From Octopus vulgaris (Eukaryota): a stretch of 64,000 nucleotides of DNA. The notes beneath the pieces are model-generated. The model made no database searches. It was not told the origin of the DNA and saw only the letters and a program-made list of their open reading frames with translations. Of this stretch, positions 1-12,352 are shown in pieces (positions within the stretch are counted from its first letter, which is position 1; each line of letters starts with the position of its first letter). The stretch covers positions 31,868,001 to 31,932,000 of the forward strand of contig OX597839.1 in the NCBI GenBank assembly GCA_951406725.2, written 5' to 3'. The position numbers and the translations under genes were made by a program.

Positions 1-621
1 GAGGGATATAGAGAGAGCTGATATAGAGGTAGTATGCAAGTGTGTGTGTGTGTGTGTGAAAGAGAGAGAGTGAGTAATATTGTTGTGACAAGAAATAGTG
101 AGTATGGAACTTTTCCTTTGTCTAAAACTTTCAACTCCAGTATTCAAAACACAAGTGTAAAATATGTCAGTATATACATCGCAGACGGCAGGCTGCCAGC
201 TTTCAATTAAAATGTCCCACAATGCACCTGAACATGAAGTGACAATAATGATTTGAAAGCAGTCATCAGAGCCATAAAAATTTAGTCAATCTACTGTTTT
301 TTGGGTCCTTGTTGAGTTCACCAAACACGAAGAGGAATATATTTTGAAATCAGCAAATAACTGTAGAAGCTTCCAACACCTGAACACAGACAGAATAGGA
401 AATCTCAAGTACTTATCTCTAATGACAAACAATTAATGGTGAGAGTTAAACTATGAAAGAAGATCTCTGATGTCAATATGAGGTAATCAAATAAACACTC
501 AGTAAGTTTTTGTATCAGAAGGATGGTAGAACTAGGGTTTCAATTCCAAGCAAGGGATACATTCAAATTTCTAACGTCTTCCACATAATATGCCAACTTC
601 TTGGATCTGACAGTGCCATAA

Positions 622-850
622 TTAACCCTTTAGTGTTTGCATTATTATACCAAAATTAATCCTTTTTTATCCACATTGCCTTAAACTAATCATGCATTAT
701 CTTGTAGCTATGAGATTCTAATGAGGTAGCTGTTAATTTTTAAAATGATATTGTAGGGTTGGTGTGAGAGACCAGATCTGTCCAGTTTCAACATAAAACA
801 GGCAGAATACTTTTGGCCGGATATGGTCGGTTTAAATGCTAAAGGGTTAA
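622..850 (+). mobile_element. piggyBac-type MITE, family M1 (copy 1)
   Basis: TTAA-CCCTTTAG ... CTAAAGGG-TTAA: TTAA target duplication plus terminal inverted repeats; the ~230-bp body recurs at 22692, 46290, 49545 and 61318. Confidence 0.85.
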
Positions 851-1423
851 GTCACTCCAGGATAACATATAATTTTACGTAAACCTGTGATTCCAGTAGA
901 AAATGACATAACAGTACATCAAATAGGAACATCTGTAGCTGTGATATTTTCCCTAGGTAGGTGTCAAATGTCATAACTGCACAGTGTTAATTCCATATAC
1001 CAATGAAGGCTCTTATCTTTCATTGTTTTTTTTTTAATTTTTGCCTCTACCTTTGTGAGAAAATATGAATGCAGCTGTTTATCAGTGATCAGTGTGTCAT
1101 GTTGTCAAATAAAAAAGCCCCGAAGTTTCTGTTTTAGTTATAGCTTCCTAGGTGAGAAAGAATGGTTGAAGTTCTAGTCTCAGAAGCATTAGTTTCAGTA
1201 TGTTATGGAACTTCAGGGACCAGACAGAGAAAGATGGAGGGCGACACAGAATATAGACATGGTATGGGCCAGCACAAACAGAGCATCTTTGCATCGAAGT
1301 TCATTTGTTCATGACAGCAGCAGTCTACCCACTCACTCCTAAAAGAGCAGGAGTCTGTTTTGTTATAGATTCATTTAGGGTTCTGAGAGGGGGGAGGCGA
1401 GGGTAGACTTTTACTTAACCTCT

Positions 1424-1593
1424 GCAGGCATGGTTGTGTGGTATGAAGTTTGCTTCCCAACCACATGGCTCCATGTTCAGTCTCACCGTGTGGCACTTTG
1501 GCCAAGTGTCTTCTGCTATAGCCTCAAGTCGATCAAAGCCTTGTGAGTGGATTTGGCAGAGAGGAACTGAAAGAAGCCCATCATGTGAGTATA

Positions 1594-1639
<46 letters not shown>

Positions 1640-1860
1640 TACTTGTGTATTTGCATCTGCGTTTGTCCCCCACCACTGCTTGACAACCGTTGTTGGTGTG
1701 TTTATGTCCTTGTAACATACCAGTTCAGCAAAAGAGAGCAACAATAAGTACCAATCTTAAAAAAAAAAGTACTGGAGTCAATTCATTTGACTAAAATTCT
1801 TCAAGGCAGTACTCCAGCATGGCCACAGTCTAATAACTGAAATGAACGACAGATAAAAGA
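1424..1860 (+). mobile_element. SINE family A, full length, with internal (TA)n
   Basis: tRNA-like head (tggttgtgtgg...gttcagtc), ctttggccaagtgtcttct core, 3' end ctccagcatggccacagtc...actgaaa; aligns by eye with copies at 4673, 10646 and 36168. Confidence 0.85.
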
Positions 1861-2145
1861 TCCCCCAGAGCAGTTTCCAAAGCATAAAGTCTGGATGTTT
1901 AACCATTTCTTAAAGGGTCTTTGTCAAATATTACCAGGGAAGATCCCCAAAATAACGAATCTCCAATGATTTCTTCTCAATTACTCATCAGCAGTTACAG
2001 TTTGAAATCATGGAATTGACTTGCCAAGAATATACTCCAGAACTTCAGAACTTCACTTACCAATGAAATTTTGACAACTGTAAAGTCTAGATCAATGTAA
2101 AATTATAACACTAATGTACATAAATTCTATTTATTCTTGATACCA

Positions 2146-2310
<165 letters not shown>

Positions 2311-2699
2311 AAACAGATGGCAACTTCAGATACTTTCAGTAATTCATACTAACAACAAATTTGTAGCCAGTTTCAGGAGCTTATTGGCTTCCTCGTTAGG
2401 TAATCACAAAATCATTATTTTGCAGCATGACTAACTATGTTTTAAGCATATTAACTTATTATAAACATATAGAGTTAATAAAGTTATTAGTGATTGATTT
2501 AGGGATGGGCAGGACACTGACTTGTTTATTTTAGTAAGACTAACACAACACTAGTTTTCATTTTCAAAAACTTAAGATTTATAATCAGCAAGTTAAAGCT
2601 TAAAATCTATGATTCCAACCAATTCTGACAACAGTGGCAACTTGCTGTTGTCTGTACTTCAGATCCTTGTCGAGAGGTGTGTGTGTGTATTTGTGTGTG

Positions 2700-3006
2700 A
2701 CTTTTGGATTTCACCAAGGTATGACTCTGCCTGTCATCCTTTCGGGGTCAACAAAAATAAGTACTAGTTGAATACGGGGTCAACATAATCAACTTAACTA
2801 CTCCTGGGTAAGGGTATAAAAGCTGCACCCCTCTGCCAAACCATGTCAAACCAGTGTAGCAGAGTGGGTTCATCGAACCATTATGATCTCAAGCTCAAAT
2901 TCACCACCTCCATATTAGACTGTAGTTGGGGGGGGGGGACATGCTGAGAACTTTGTCCTGCAGTAGACTGAACATGAGCATTCCAATCCAATCCAATCCA
3001 ATCCAA
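2700..3006 (+). mobile_element. SINE family C with RTE-like tail ending in (TCCAA)n
   Basis: Family C central domain (tcatcctttcggggtcaacaaaaataagtactagtt) joined via taactactcctgggta to a ~190-bp tail ending ttccaatccaatccaatccaatccaa; the same chimera occurs inverted at 6953-7313. Confidence 0.7.
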
Positions 3007-3952
3007 ATATGGCCTTCAGTGATAGTGAGTTATTAGAATTTTGTTGAGTATATTAATCAATGACAATACCTGTTTACTTCCCAGGGTTTTCAAACAGTAT
3101 ACCCACACACATGTACACACACACTCACAAACACAAAAATCAGGGTCTCTTGAACACACATACACACACACACACGTCTGAGAAACAAAAATATATTTAA
3201 AAGAGATTATTTTCTCCTGTCTTTGGATTTATGAAATGAAAGACGGTAAACAAAACAAGAAAAATGTCTGTATACACATTTGTGTGTGTGTGTGTGTGTG
3301 TGTGTGTATAAATATATATATACCTGCACACATATACATACAAATATATATACACACACACATATATATATACATATATATATGTATACACAAAATATAT
3401 ATATATATGTAACGCACACACACTGGCATTTTATATATGTGTGTTCTACGCTTAATAACAAATCTTATGCACCAATTCTTTTATAATGCACTAGAAAAAG
3501 TCATAGAAACCTGTATATTTATATCTAATGCTTGTAGTGGAGTTTTAATACTAAGAATCATAAAAAAAAAAGAGAGGAAGAAATAGATTTTAAAAATACC
3601 TACAAGGATTAAGTAATAGCTCGTAAAGGAGAAAAATAGGACTCATCAATGCAAGCCATTTTCATTTGTTATTTACTAAAAAACAATATGTATATAAATA
3701 CAGTAATATCTAAATTGAAAAGATAATCACAAAGAATGAAGATAACAATGCCAACATTATTTTTAGTTGTTTACATATATATATATATGTTATTTTCTTT
3801 TATAATCCTGGTAGAAATTCTTGGTCTGTATATTCCACTTTAGTCCTTGGAAAATAACAGAAGAAAAAGGAAAAAATAAACAAGATGGAATCTTGAATTA
3901 CCTTGCCATTGTAATTATGTCTTTAAAAAAAAATCTTTTGAATTATTTGAGT

Positions 3953-4190
3953 ACACACCACACACACACACCACACACACATACACACAAACACACACAT
4001 ATACACACCACACACACACACACACCACACACACACATACACACAAACACACACACACACACACACACCACACACACACACACACCACACACACACATAC
4101 ACATACACACACACACATACACACACACATACACAACACACACACACATACACACCACACACCCACCACACACACACACACACACACTTA
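3953..4190. repeat. Imperfect (CA)n microsatellite
   Basis: Seen directly. Confidence 0.95.
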
Positions 4191-4672
4191 TGCAGACACA
4201 TAATCCAGACACACACTCAAGCACTGGTGAGTAATAAAGAAGCAAATATATAAATGTTAATGTGTTTGTGTTATAAATTTGCAACTCACTCTAAAGAGGT
4301 TATTATTCCTGTCAAATACAAATATGACTTCTGCTGTTGAAGTCGCAGAACATAAACACTGAAGCCTTCCAAACAAGATCAAACTTCCAATGTTCAGATC
4401 AACATAGATTCAGTCATTTCTTTGGCTCAGTTTTGTGTTAATTTTTTCCACTCCAGCATTGGTTGGATGACATCTGTTGCAGCAGATTTTCATCCACAGT
4501 CCTTACGGTTTTTCCAAGTAAGGCATTTTTGTCATACCACACTAGTCTTCGTACATGAAAATCTGAAATTATGGGGTTATTTTGCTTTGTTTTATTGTTT
4601 GTTTGTTTGTGTTTTACTGACCACTGGCACTCCATTGGTTATGAGGAGAAGGGTTCCAGTTGAGACAAGCAA

Positions 4673-5075
4673 CAGAACGGGCTGTGTGGTAAGTTGCTTG
4701 CTTACCAACCACATGATTCTGGGTTCAGTCCCACTGCCTGGCACCTTGGGCAAGTGTCTTCTACTATAGCCTTGGGATGACCAAAGCCTTGTGAGTGGAT
4801 TTGGTAGATGGAAACCGAAAGAAGCCCATCGTATATATGTATATATATATATATGTATTTGTGTGTATATATTTGTGTGTCTGTATTTGTCCCCCCCAAC
4901 ATCGCTTGACCATCAATACTGGTGTGTTCACGTCCCCTGTAACTTAGCAGTTCGGCAAAAGAGACTGTTAGAATAAGTACTAGGCTTACAAAGAATAAGT
5001 CCTGGGGTCAATTTACTCGACTAAAAAGGCGGTGCTCCAGCATGGCCACAGTCAAATGACTGAAGCAAGTAAAAG
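4673..5075 (+). mobile_element. SINE family A, full length
   Basis: ggctgtgtggtaag...gggttcagtcccactg head through ggtgctccagcatggccacagtcaaatgactgaagcaagtaaaag. Confidence 0.9.
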
Positions 5076-5211
5076 CGTGCACAAAATAGCTCAGTACTTT
5101 CTACTCACATCAAGAAAACACCATCACACCACTCTTGAAGATGAGCTGCACTCAACAAGAACACTCAGACTCAGTGGTTACTGATTACTCTAAATACTCT
5201 GCCTCACATCC

Positions 5212-5420
5212 TTAACCCCTTACCCAACAATTATTTTGAAAATAAATGTATTTTTTCAGACATATTTTTTATAATATGACATATTTTTTATAATAGACAA
5301 AGGAACTCGTTTGCTGTCGATTTTGGCGAGTCCATCTTTTGACGAGTTAACTCGCCAGAGATAGAAAAAAACGATTTCGGTCAAAACGCATATATTCGTT
5401 TCTGCCGGGTAAGGGGTTAA
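5212..5420. mobile_element. piggyBac-type MITE, family M2 (young)
   Basis: TTAA-CCCCTTACCC ... GGGTAAGGGG-TTAA: perfect 10-bp TIR and TTAA TSD; CpG-rich relative to flanks. Confidence 0.85.
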
Positions 5421-6516
5421 CAAAGCTAGAATTACATCCCTCTCACATTGTTTCCCCCATACACTGTGAACTCTAGATTGCCTCAGTTTCAACACAAACG
5501 CCCAGGTATGTACCATCTTCACTCATTGAGATCTCACCAATGTCCTTACTTAATACTCACCCAATACACATACATTCCACTTTGATACTTATTTAGATAT
5601 CTGTACAACCCCTATTCTCTTCCATTACACACATATAAATGTATTTAGGGGCTACCAAGGGGCTGTGGGCACATATATATGTGCTTATGTCCATATGTAA
5701 ATGTGTATATATGAATGTGTGTGTGCATGTGAGTATATACATATATTTATGTACGTGTGTGTATTATATACAAATATTTATGTACCTGTGTGTGTGTGTG
5801 TGTGTGTGTGTGCATGTGAGTATATACATACATGTGCGTATGCATATATGTTGTGTGTGTGTGCGTGTGTATAATATATACATATATTTATGTACATGTG
5901 TGTATTATATACAAATATTCATGTACCTTTGTGTGTGTGTGTGTGTGTGTGAGGAAGAGAGAGAGAGAGCATGTATGTGTTGTAGGTAGGATTTGGGAGT
6001 AGTTATGTGTGACTGACAGCAAAATGACATAGAAATAAAACAACAAACTAAAAACAACAAAAAAATGTAAGCGTTTCAAATAAGTGTTGACTGGAATCCT
6101 TGCTGCTACTTAAAGATTTATTGCTCAACCTTTAATCACCAGCCCTTTCAGGTTCATAACCCTGACAAGCTTATTTTTGTTCTCATTGATATATCGATAG
6201 TTTTGGATATCAGACACACGAGGCTTAGAGAGATTTACAGATGCAGTACATAACGGCTTTTTGTTTCCTAATGAAGTGGACTTCTAGAATCCTGAGATTT
6301 ATAGTGTATGCATGCATGCATGAATGTGTGTGTGTGTGTGTGTGTGTGTATTTGGCTAAGACATGTTTTTATTTATTTCTTTGGCATGTTCCTCTCTGTC
6401 GAAATACTGAGTGTTGCTGCCTTGTGAAAGTGTTCACACATTCTGATATGTAACTTCCATTATATTGATTCAATGTATCTCTCTCTCTCTCTCTCCCTCC
6501 CTCTCTCCCTCCCTCC

Positions 6517-6559
<43 letters not shown>

Positions 6560-6734
6560 TATAGGAATGTCAACTTATAAATAATGTTAGTTTTTAAGCA
6601 TATCTCTTGTGTTGTTCTCTCTTGATGGCAGGTATTGTCTCAGAGTGTAGCCACACCTTGTTAGTCTGACATGAAGATGAAATCTCCTAAGACAGCTTTA
6701 CAGCCAGTTCCCTATCTGCTCATTGTAATATAGT

Positions 6735-6950
6735 GAAGGGGCATGTCCTAGTGGTTAGGAGACTGCAATCACGATGGCAAGATCTTGGTTTCAAATTCCT
6801 TCATTTCATTCTGCTTCAGTCCACTCAGGTGTAAATGAATAAACCTTGTGACAGACCAGAATCCTGTTCAGGAGATGTGTTGTGATCTTAGTCACTTACC
6901 ATGGAAATTGGCTAACTAGCCCTATCAGTCTCCGGACAGGAGACAATACT
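6735..6950 (+). mobile_element. SINE family B, alternative-tail variant (decayed)
   Basis: tagtggttagg head, cttcagtccactcaggtgtaaatga core, tail homologous to 43188-43433. Confidence 0.6.
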
Positions 6951-6952
6951 TG

Positions 6953-7313
6953 CATTGGACTGGATTGTCCATGTTCAGTCCGCTGCAGGATGAGGGCTCC
7001 AACAAGTTCTCTCCACCAACCATGGTCTGATGTGGAGGCCATGATTTTGGGCTTCAGATCATACTAGTTTGATGAGCCTGTTCAGCCATACTGGCTCAAT
7101 ATTGCTTGGCAGAGGGATGCTGTTTTTATACTCATACTCAGGAGTAGTTATAAACCTGATTACAGCAGTTCTGAACTGGTACTTGTTTTCTTGGCCTTGA
7201 AGGGATGGAAAGCAAAGTGAACCTCAGCAGAATTTGAACTCCGAATGTAAAGATGGACGGAACACAGCTAAGCATTTCACCTAGCCTGCTAATGATTTTA
7301 CCAGCTCACCACC
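6953..7313 (-). mobile_element. SINE family C with RTE-like tail, full length
   Basis: Reverse complement begins ggtggtgagctggtaaaatcattagc, contains gagttcaaattc (B box) and shares the taactactcctg junction and tail with 2700-3006. Confidence 0.75.
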
Positions 7314-8127
7314 ATAAGACAGCAGATTGATGTTAACTCAATTTTTGTAGTATTTCTCTGTTTCTCACTTTTTCATCTCTCTATTTCCCTGCCTTTGTTG
7401 CTGCCTCTGTTAGTCTACACCTTTTTACATGGTCTGTGGATTTGTCTATTCCTTTGATGCACACACATTTCAAAAAAACGAAAAAAAAAAAATGTGGTCC
7501 ATAGCCTCTGTATGTGCTGGGTGATGGATATTGCAGTAAATTTCCTACTTTGATGATGTTAACTTCTAAAATGGAGGAACATACTTAGGATTAACAAAAC
7601 ATTGTTGAAACATTGGTGACTACAATAATACTCAGCATAGCACCCCAGCACACAGTAACAAAACAAATATACAAACACAGGTTTTAGCTAAAGATACAGA
7701 TATTAAAAACCTCCAGTAAGAAGAGGAATACTTCATTGGGAAACAAGATCCTACACTGAATTATAGACAAGAATTGAATGTGTGTGAGTAGATATTTGGG
7801 ATCACTAAACAATAAAGGTAAGTAAATATTGTAAAGTGGTTAACAAGTGAGCGAAAATGTGAGATTGAGAGGAGTCCTTAGTCTTGTGAAGGGCATGACA
7901 ACCTCTCATATGCTGGTGTCTTAATAAAAGGATCCCATTACTCTCTGTAAAGTGGTTGGCATTAAGAAGGGCATTAAAACATTTGTCTAACATTCTGTTG
8001 ATTCTCCTAATCGACTGTCCTATCTATCTTTCTATGTCAATACACATGCACAAAAGATATATGTATGTCTATACGCATACACAAACTGGCAAACTGTGTA
8101 TGCTTGTGTATATATTTATATATATGT

Positions 8128-8173
<46 letters not shown>

Positions 8174-8781
8174 TATGTGTGAGTGTGTATTTATATATAT
8201 ACATATATATGAAGTGAGATAAAAATACCGAAATTTTAACAATAGAAATCAAATAAAATGATTCTATAAAGTTAATAAATGGAATCCAGTGAAGTAGAAA
8301 TGTAGGAACGTATTCAACCTTTAAGAAAATTAATTTCTATTCAGCAAACATCATCATCTTGAATGGAGGCATTCTACAACAGCAATGGAAACGTTTACTT
8401 TCAGAACACAATCCACAATTGGACAGAGGACAATTGATTTGCTTTCTGTGTGTGTGTGTGTGTTAGTGTGTGTGTGCGTGCATGTGTGTGTGTGTGTGTG
8501 TTTTCATACACAGCAATTATTTGTATTCTGTTTGAAGAAAAGGAAAAATCATAGCAAATTGATTTCTTTACAGACCACAAGACAAAAATTGTGGTGGGGT
8601 GGTTGGTCGGGTAGGCCTCGTCTGTAGAAAGCAAGAGCTCCTTGTCACTTGCTCTCAAAAAAAAGATAAAGCGAGGTATCTTCAATAACTTATTGCTTGA
8701 AAGCTTAAAATATTATGCTTCTTGGTTATGTATGGATATATGCCTTTCTGTGCTATCCACACACACACACAAACATAAATA

Positions 8782-8824
<43 letters not shown>

Positions 8825-9182
8825 TGCTATCATTTTTATAGTATAGAAGGCAAACAAAAATCTTAAGGCAATAAAATATATTTCACCAAATATTTGTGTT
8901 TATGCAGTTCAAAGTGTTGTGTGTTCATAACTTATCTGGGAATTGATTAACAAACCAGCAAACTAGAAATTCTACAATTCTTTAGCAGGTGAGGGAGAAA
9001 GCCAAGAAAGAAAAAGGAAGTTAAACCTATTTATTTAACCTTTAAAGGTCACTGAGATAGAAATGCCTTATGGGAAGTGTCTATGGTGCATACACTTTTC
9101 ATTCTTACTCTATGTTGAAGTAGTCTGAGGTAGTTTTCCTAAAGACCTTTTATGTTCTTTGTACCTGTTTTCAGAGATTAAC

Positions 9183-10340
9183 ACAATCCACTCAACTATT
9201 GTGCTCTGAGATGGAATATTGAAATACCTGCAACATTAAGTACAGAAGCACTGCTTATTTGGTCAAACATGAGCCAAGGGAACCAATTGTTAGATGCTTG
9301 AGCAGCTAGAAATATCAACCACAATCCACTCAACTATTGTGCTCTGAGATGGAATATTGAAATACCTGCAACATTAAGTACAGAAGCACTGCTTATTTGG
9401 TCAAACATGAGCCAAGGGAACCAATTGTTAGATGCTTGAGCAGCTAGAAATATCAACCACAATCCACTCAACTATTGTGCTCTGAGATGGAATATTGAAA
9501 TACCTGCAACTTTAAGTACAGAAGCACTGCTTATTTGGTCAAACATGAGCCAAGGGAACCAATTGTTGGATGCTTGAGCAGCTAGAAATATCAACCACAA
9601 TCCACTCAACTATTGTGCTCTGAGATGGAATATCGAAATACCTGCAACGTTAAGTACAGAAGCACTGCTTATTTGGTCAAACATGAGCCAAGGGAACCAA
9701 TTGTTGGATGCTTGAGCAGCTAGAAATATCAACCAAATCTCCATCATCACATTTCATTTTAAAAGAGGAAAGGAAAATTGAAAGAAGCAACATTAAGTAC
9801 AGAAGTACTGCTTATTTGGTCAAACATGAGCCAAGGGAACCAATTGTTAGATGCTTGAGCAGCTAGAAATATCAACCACAATCCACTCAACTATTGTGCT
9901 CTGAGATGGAATATTGAAATACCTGCAACTTAAGTACAGAAGTACTGCTTATTTGGTCAAACATGAGCCAAGGGAACCAATTGTTAGATGCTTGAGCAGC
10001 TAGAAATATCAACCACAATCCACTCAACTATTGTGCTCTGAGATGGAATATTGAAATACCTGCAACTTAAGTACAGAAGTACTGCTTATTTGGTCAAACA
10101 TGAGCCAAGGGAACCAATTGTTAGATGCTTGAGCAGCTAGAAATATCAACCACAATCCACTCAACTATTGTGCTCTGAGATGGAATATTGAAATACCTGC
10201 AACTTAAGAGAAGTACTGCTTATTTGGTCAAACATGAGCCAAGGGAACCAATTGTTAGATGCTTGAGCAGCTAGAAATATCAACCAAATCTCCCTCATCA
10301 CATTTCATTTTAAAAGAGGAAAGGAAAATTGAAAGAAGCA
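9183..10340. repeat. 138-bp tandem repeat array (7 full units + 1 partial) with a higher-order duplication
   Basis: Units start at 9183, 9321, 9459, 9597, (partial 9787), 9878, 10015 and 10152; the 55-bp right flank (10286-10340) is copied internally at 9735-9789. Confidence 0.95.
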
Positions 10341-10435
10341 CAAAGTAATACGGTGATAGATACTTCCAACAAATGGAATGGTCATGATTGGAATGCCATT
10401 GATGGGTTTGCTTGATCAAGATTGACTTGGAAGTG
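10255..10435 (-). mobile_element. Decayed interspersed repeat, family F
   Basis: Reverse complement resembles 62490-62700 (gaggga(g/a)at(t/c)tgg(t/c)tg segment) and 41690-41870 (tgatcaagca...cattcca segment). Confidence 0.45.
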
Positions 10436-10444
10436 GAATTCTAT

Positions 10445-11152
10445 CGTTTACAAAGACAAGAGTTCCAGTTGATCCAATCAGCAGAACATTCTGCTCACCA
10501 AGTTAACGTGCAAGAGACTGAGCATTAGACAGATACATGGACCTTAAACTAGTTCTCAGGGAGATTCAGTATGACACACAGGGTGTGACAAGGCTGGCCC
10601 CTTGTGAATTACAGGTACAGCTCATTTTTGCCAGCTGAGTGGACTCTCTCTCTTTTCTCTCTTTTACTTGTTTCAGTCATTTGACTGCGGCCATGCTGGA
10701 GCACCGCCTTTAGTCGAGCAAATCGACCCCGGGACTTATTCTTTGTAAGCCCAGTACTTATTCTATCGCTCTCTTTTGCCGAACCGCTAAGTAACAGGGG
10801 ACGTAAACACACCAGCATCGGTTGTCAAGCAATGCTAGGGGGACAAACACAGACACACATAAATATATATACATATATACGACAGGCTTCTTTCAGTTTC
10901 CGTCTACCAAATCCACTCACAAGGCATTGGTCGGCCCAAACTATAGTAGAAGGCACTTGCCCAAGATGCCACGCAGTGGGACTGAACCCGGAACCATGTG
11001 GCTGGTTAGCAAGCTACTTACCACACAGCCACTCACTGGAGCAATGTGAAATAAAACCTCTTGCTTAAGGACAGATACACCACCAGGAATCTTACTCACA
11101 ACCTTATAGTCTAGAGTCAAACATCCCTAACCACTAAGCCATGTGCCTCCAC
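10445..11152 (-). mobile_element. SINE family B interrupted by a family A copy
   Basis: The B core gctgagtggact|ggagcaa is split at 10645/11035; head ccctaaccactaagccatgtgcctccac ends at 11152. Confidence 0.85.
10646..11034 (-). mobile_element. SINE family A, young, nested in B
   Basis: Nearly identical to the reverse complement of 36168-36583; CpGs retained. Confidence 0.92.
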
Positions 11153-11489
11153 CTTGGATCTGCACATCAACTCTGTCACCTGTTTAATCCTTGTAACATC
11201 TCTGTTATAAGGGAAGGGAGATAATTCAATCTTCAGCCTGCCTAATTAGCAACAGGTACCTCCTCTTCCAGTCTGGATCTCCAGGTGGAGTTAAATACTT
11301 TTGCCAGAGACGAATGCGACCCTTATTGCAACCAGCGTATCGCATTGTTGATTGCCAGCTGCAACTGTATGCACACTATTAACACTCTATTCCTCAGAGA
11401 AAATCCTATTCCCTTCGTCAATTCCCAACATACAACATTGCACAATGGCTACAGAACATGAATTATCAAATGAAATTATTAAATATATT

Positions 11490-11555
11490 AAATATATAAC
11501 ATGCTGTAAATATAACATGTTGTAAATGTAACATTTTGCAAATATAACATGTTGG
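11490..11555. repeat. ~16-bp minisatellite, 4 units (aaatataacatgttgt)
   Basis: Seen directly. Confidence 0.75.
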
Positions 11556-11682
11556 AATTTTCAAAATCTCTGATATCCTAATTTAACTACATCACTGGTT
11601 AGCAACATTAATACTGTTTATTGAGGATACAGTTGTGGAATTTGCAGGAATTCAGAATAGTTGGGACAATTTTATTAAGAAA

Positions 11683-12070
11683 CTAGCAGTATTGCCCGGC
11701 GTTGCTCGGGTTTGTAAGGGAAATAACTATATAAGCATTTTTAGAGAGTTATAGCCAAAAAATAGCAAAAAAATGCATTAAAGATGGGTAAATTTTTTTT
11801 TAAATCATTGACTCATCGTAGACATTTTTAGAGAGTTACTTCCCTTATATAATAGCGAAAAAATGCATTAAAATGGAAAAAAATGATGGTAATTTTTTTT
11901 TTAAATCGTAGACTCATCATAGATGCGCGTTAATACCCAGAAGGGCTCGATATGAATCACGACTATAAGATACCCGGTTTTGGTTAAACTGCACCGCAAA
12001 ATGTGGGAGTAGTTAGGAATCTAAATCGTAGGAAACAGACAGCACACAACCTCACTTTTATATATAAAGA
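11683..12070 (-). mobile_element. Non-autonomous Helitron
   Basis: The minus strand starts TC(TTTATATATAAAAG) and ends with the hairpin CCCGAGCAACGCCGGG followed by CTAG; it sits between A and T with no TSD, i.e. canonical Helitron termini. Confidence 0.85.
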
Positions 12071-12101
12071 TATATTGCAGATATTCTTTATTATATCTTA
12101 T

Positions 12102-12300
12102 AGGTGCAGGTGTGGCTGTGTGGCTAAGAAGCTTGCTTCACAATCCAGTGGTCTTGGGTTCACTTCCTCTGTATCCCATCTATAGTCTTTTACTATAGCC
12201 CTAGGCTGACCAAAGCCTTGTGAGTGGCTCGGATACATAGAAACTGAAAGAAGCCCATCGTGAGTGTGCATGTGTGTGTGCATGCATGTGTGTGTGTGTG

Positions 12301-12347
<47 letters not shown>

Positions 12348-12352
12348 GTATG
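12102..12352 (+). mobile_element. SINE family A, 5' half ending in (TG)n
   Basis: gtggctgtgtggctaagaagcttgctt ... gaaactgaaagaagcccatcg. Confidence 0.8.

Noticed and set aside
350-402. Strong minus-strand acceptor as the next coding exon
   Set aside because: Phase-0 reading (VLEASTVIC*) stops after 9 codons, and the other frames are unrecognisable
9183-10340. CRISPR-like array
   Set aside because: The units are contiguous near-identical repeats with no unique spacers, there are no cas genes, and the context is eukaryotic
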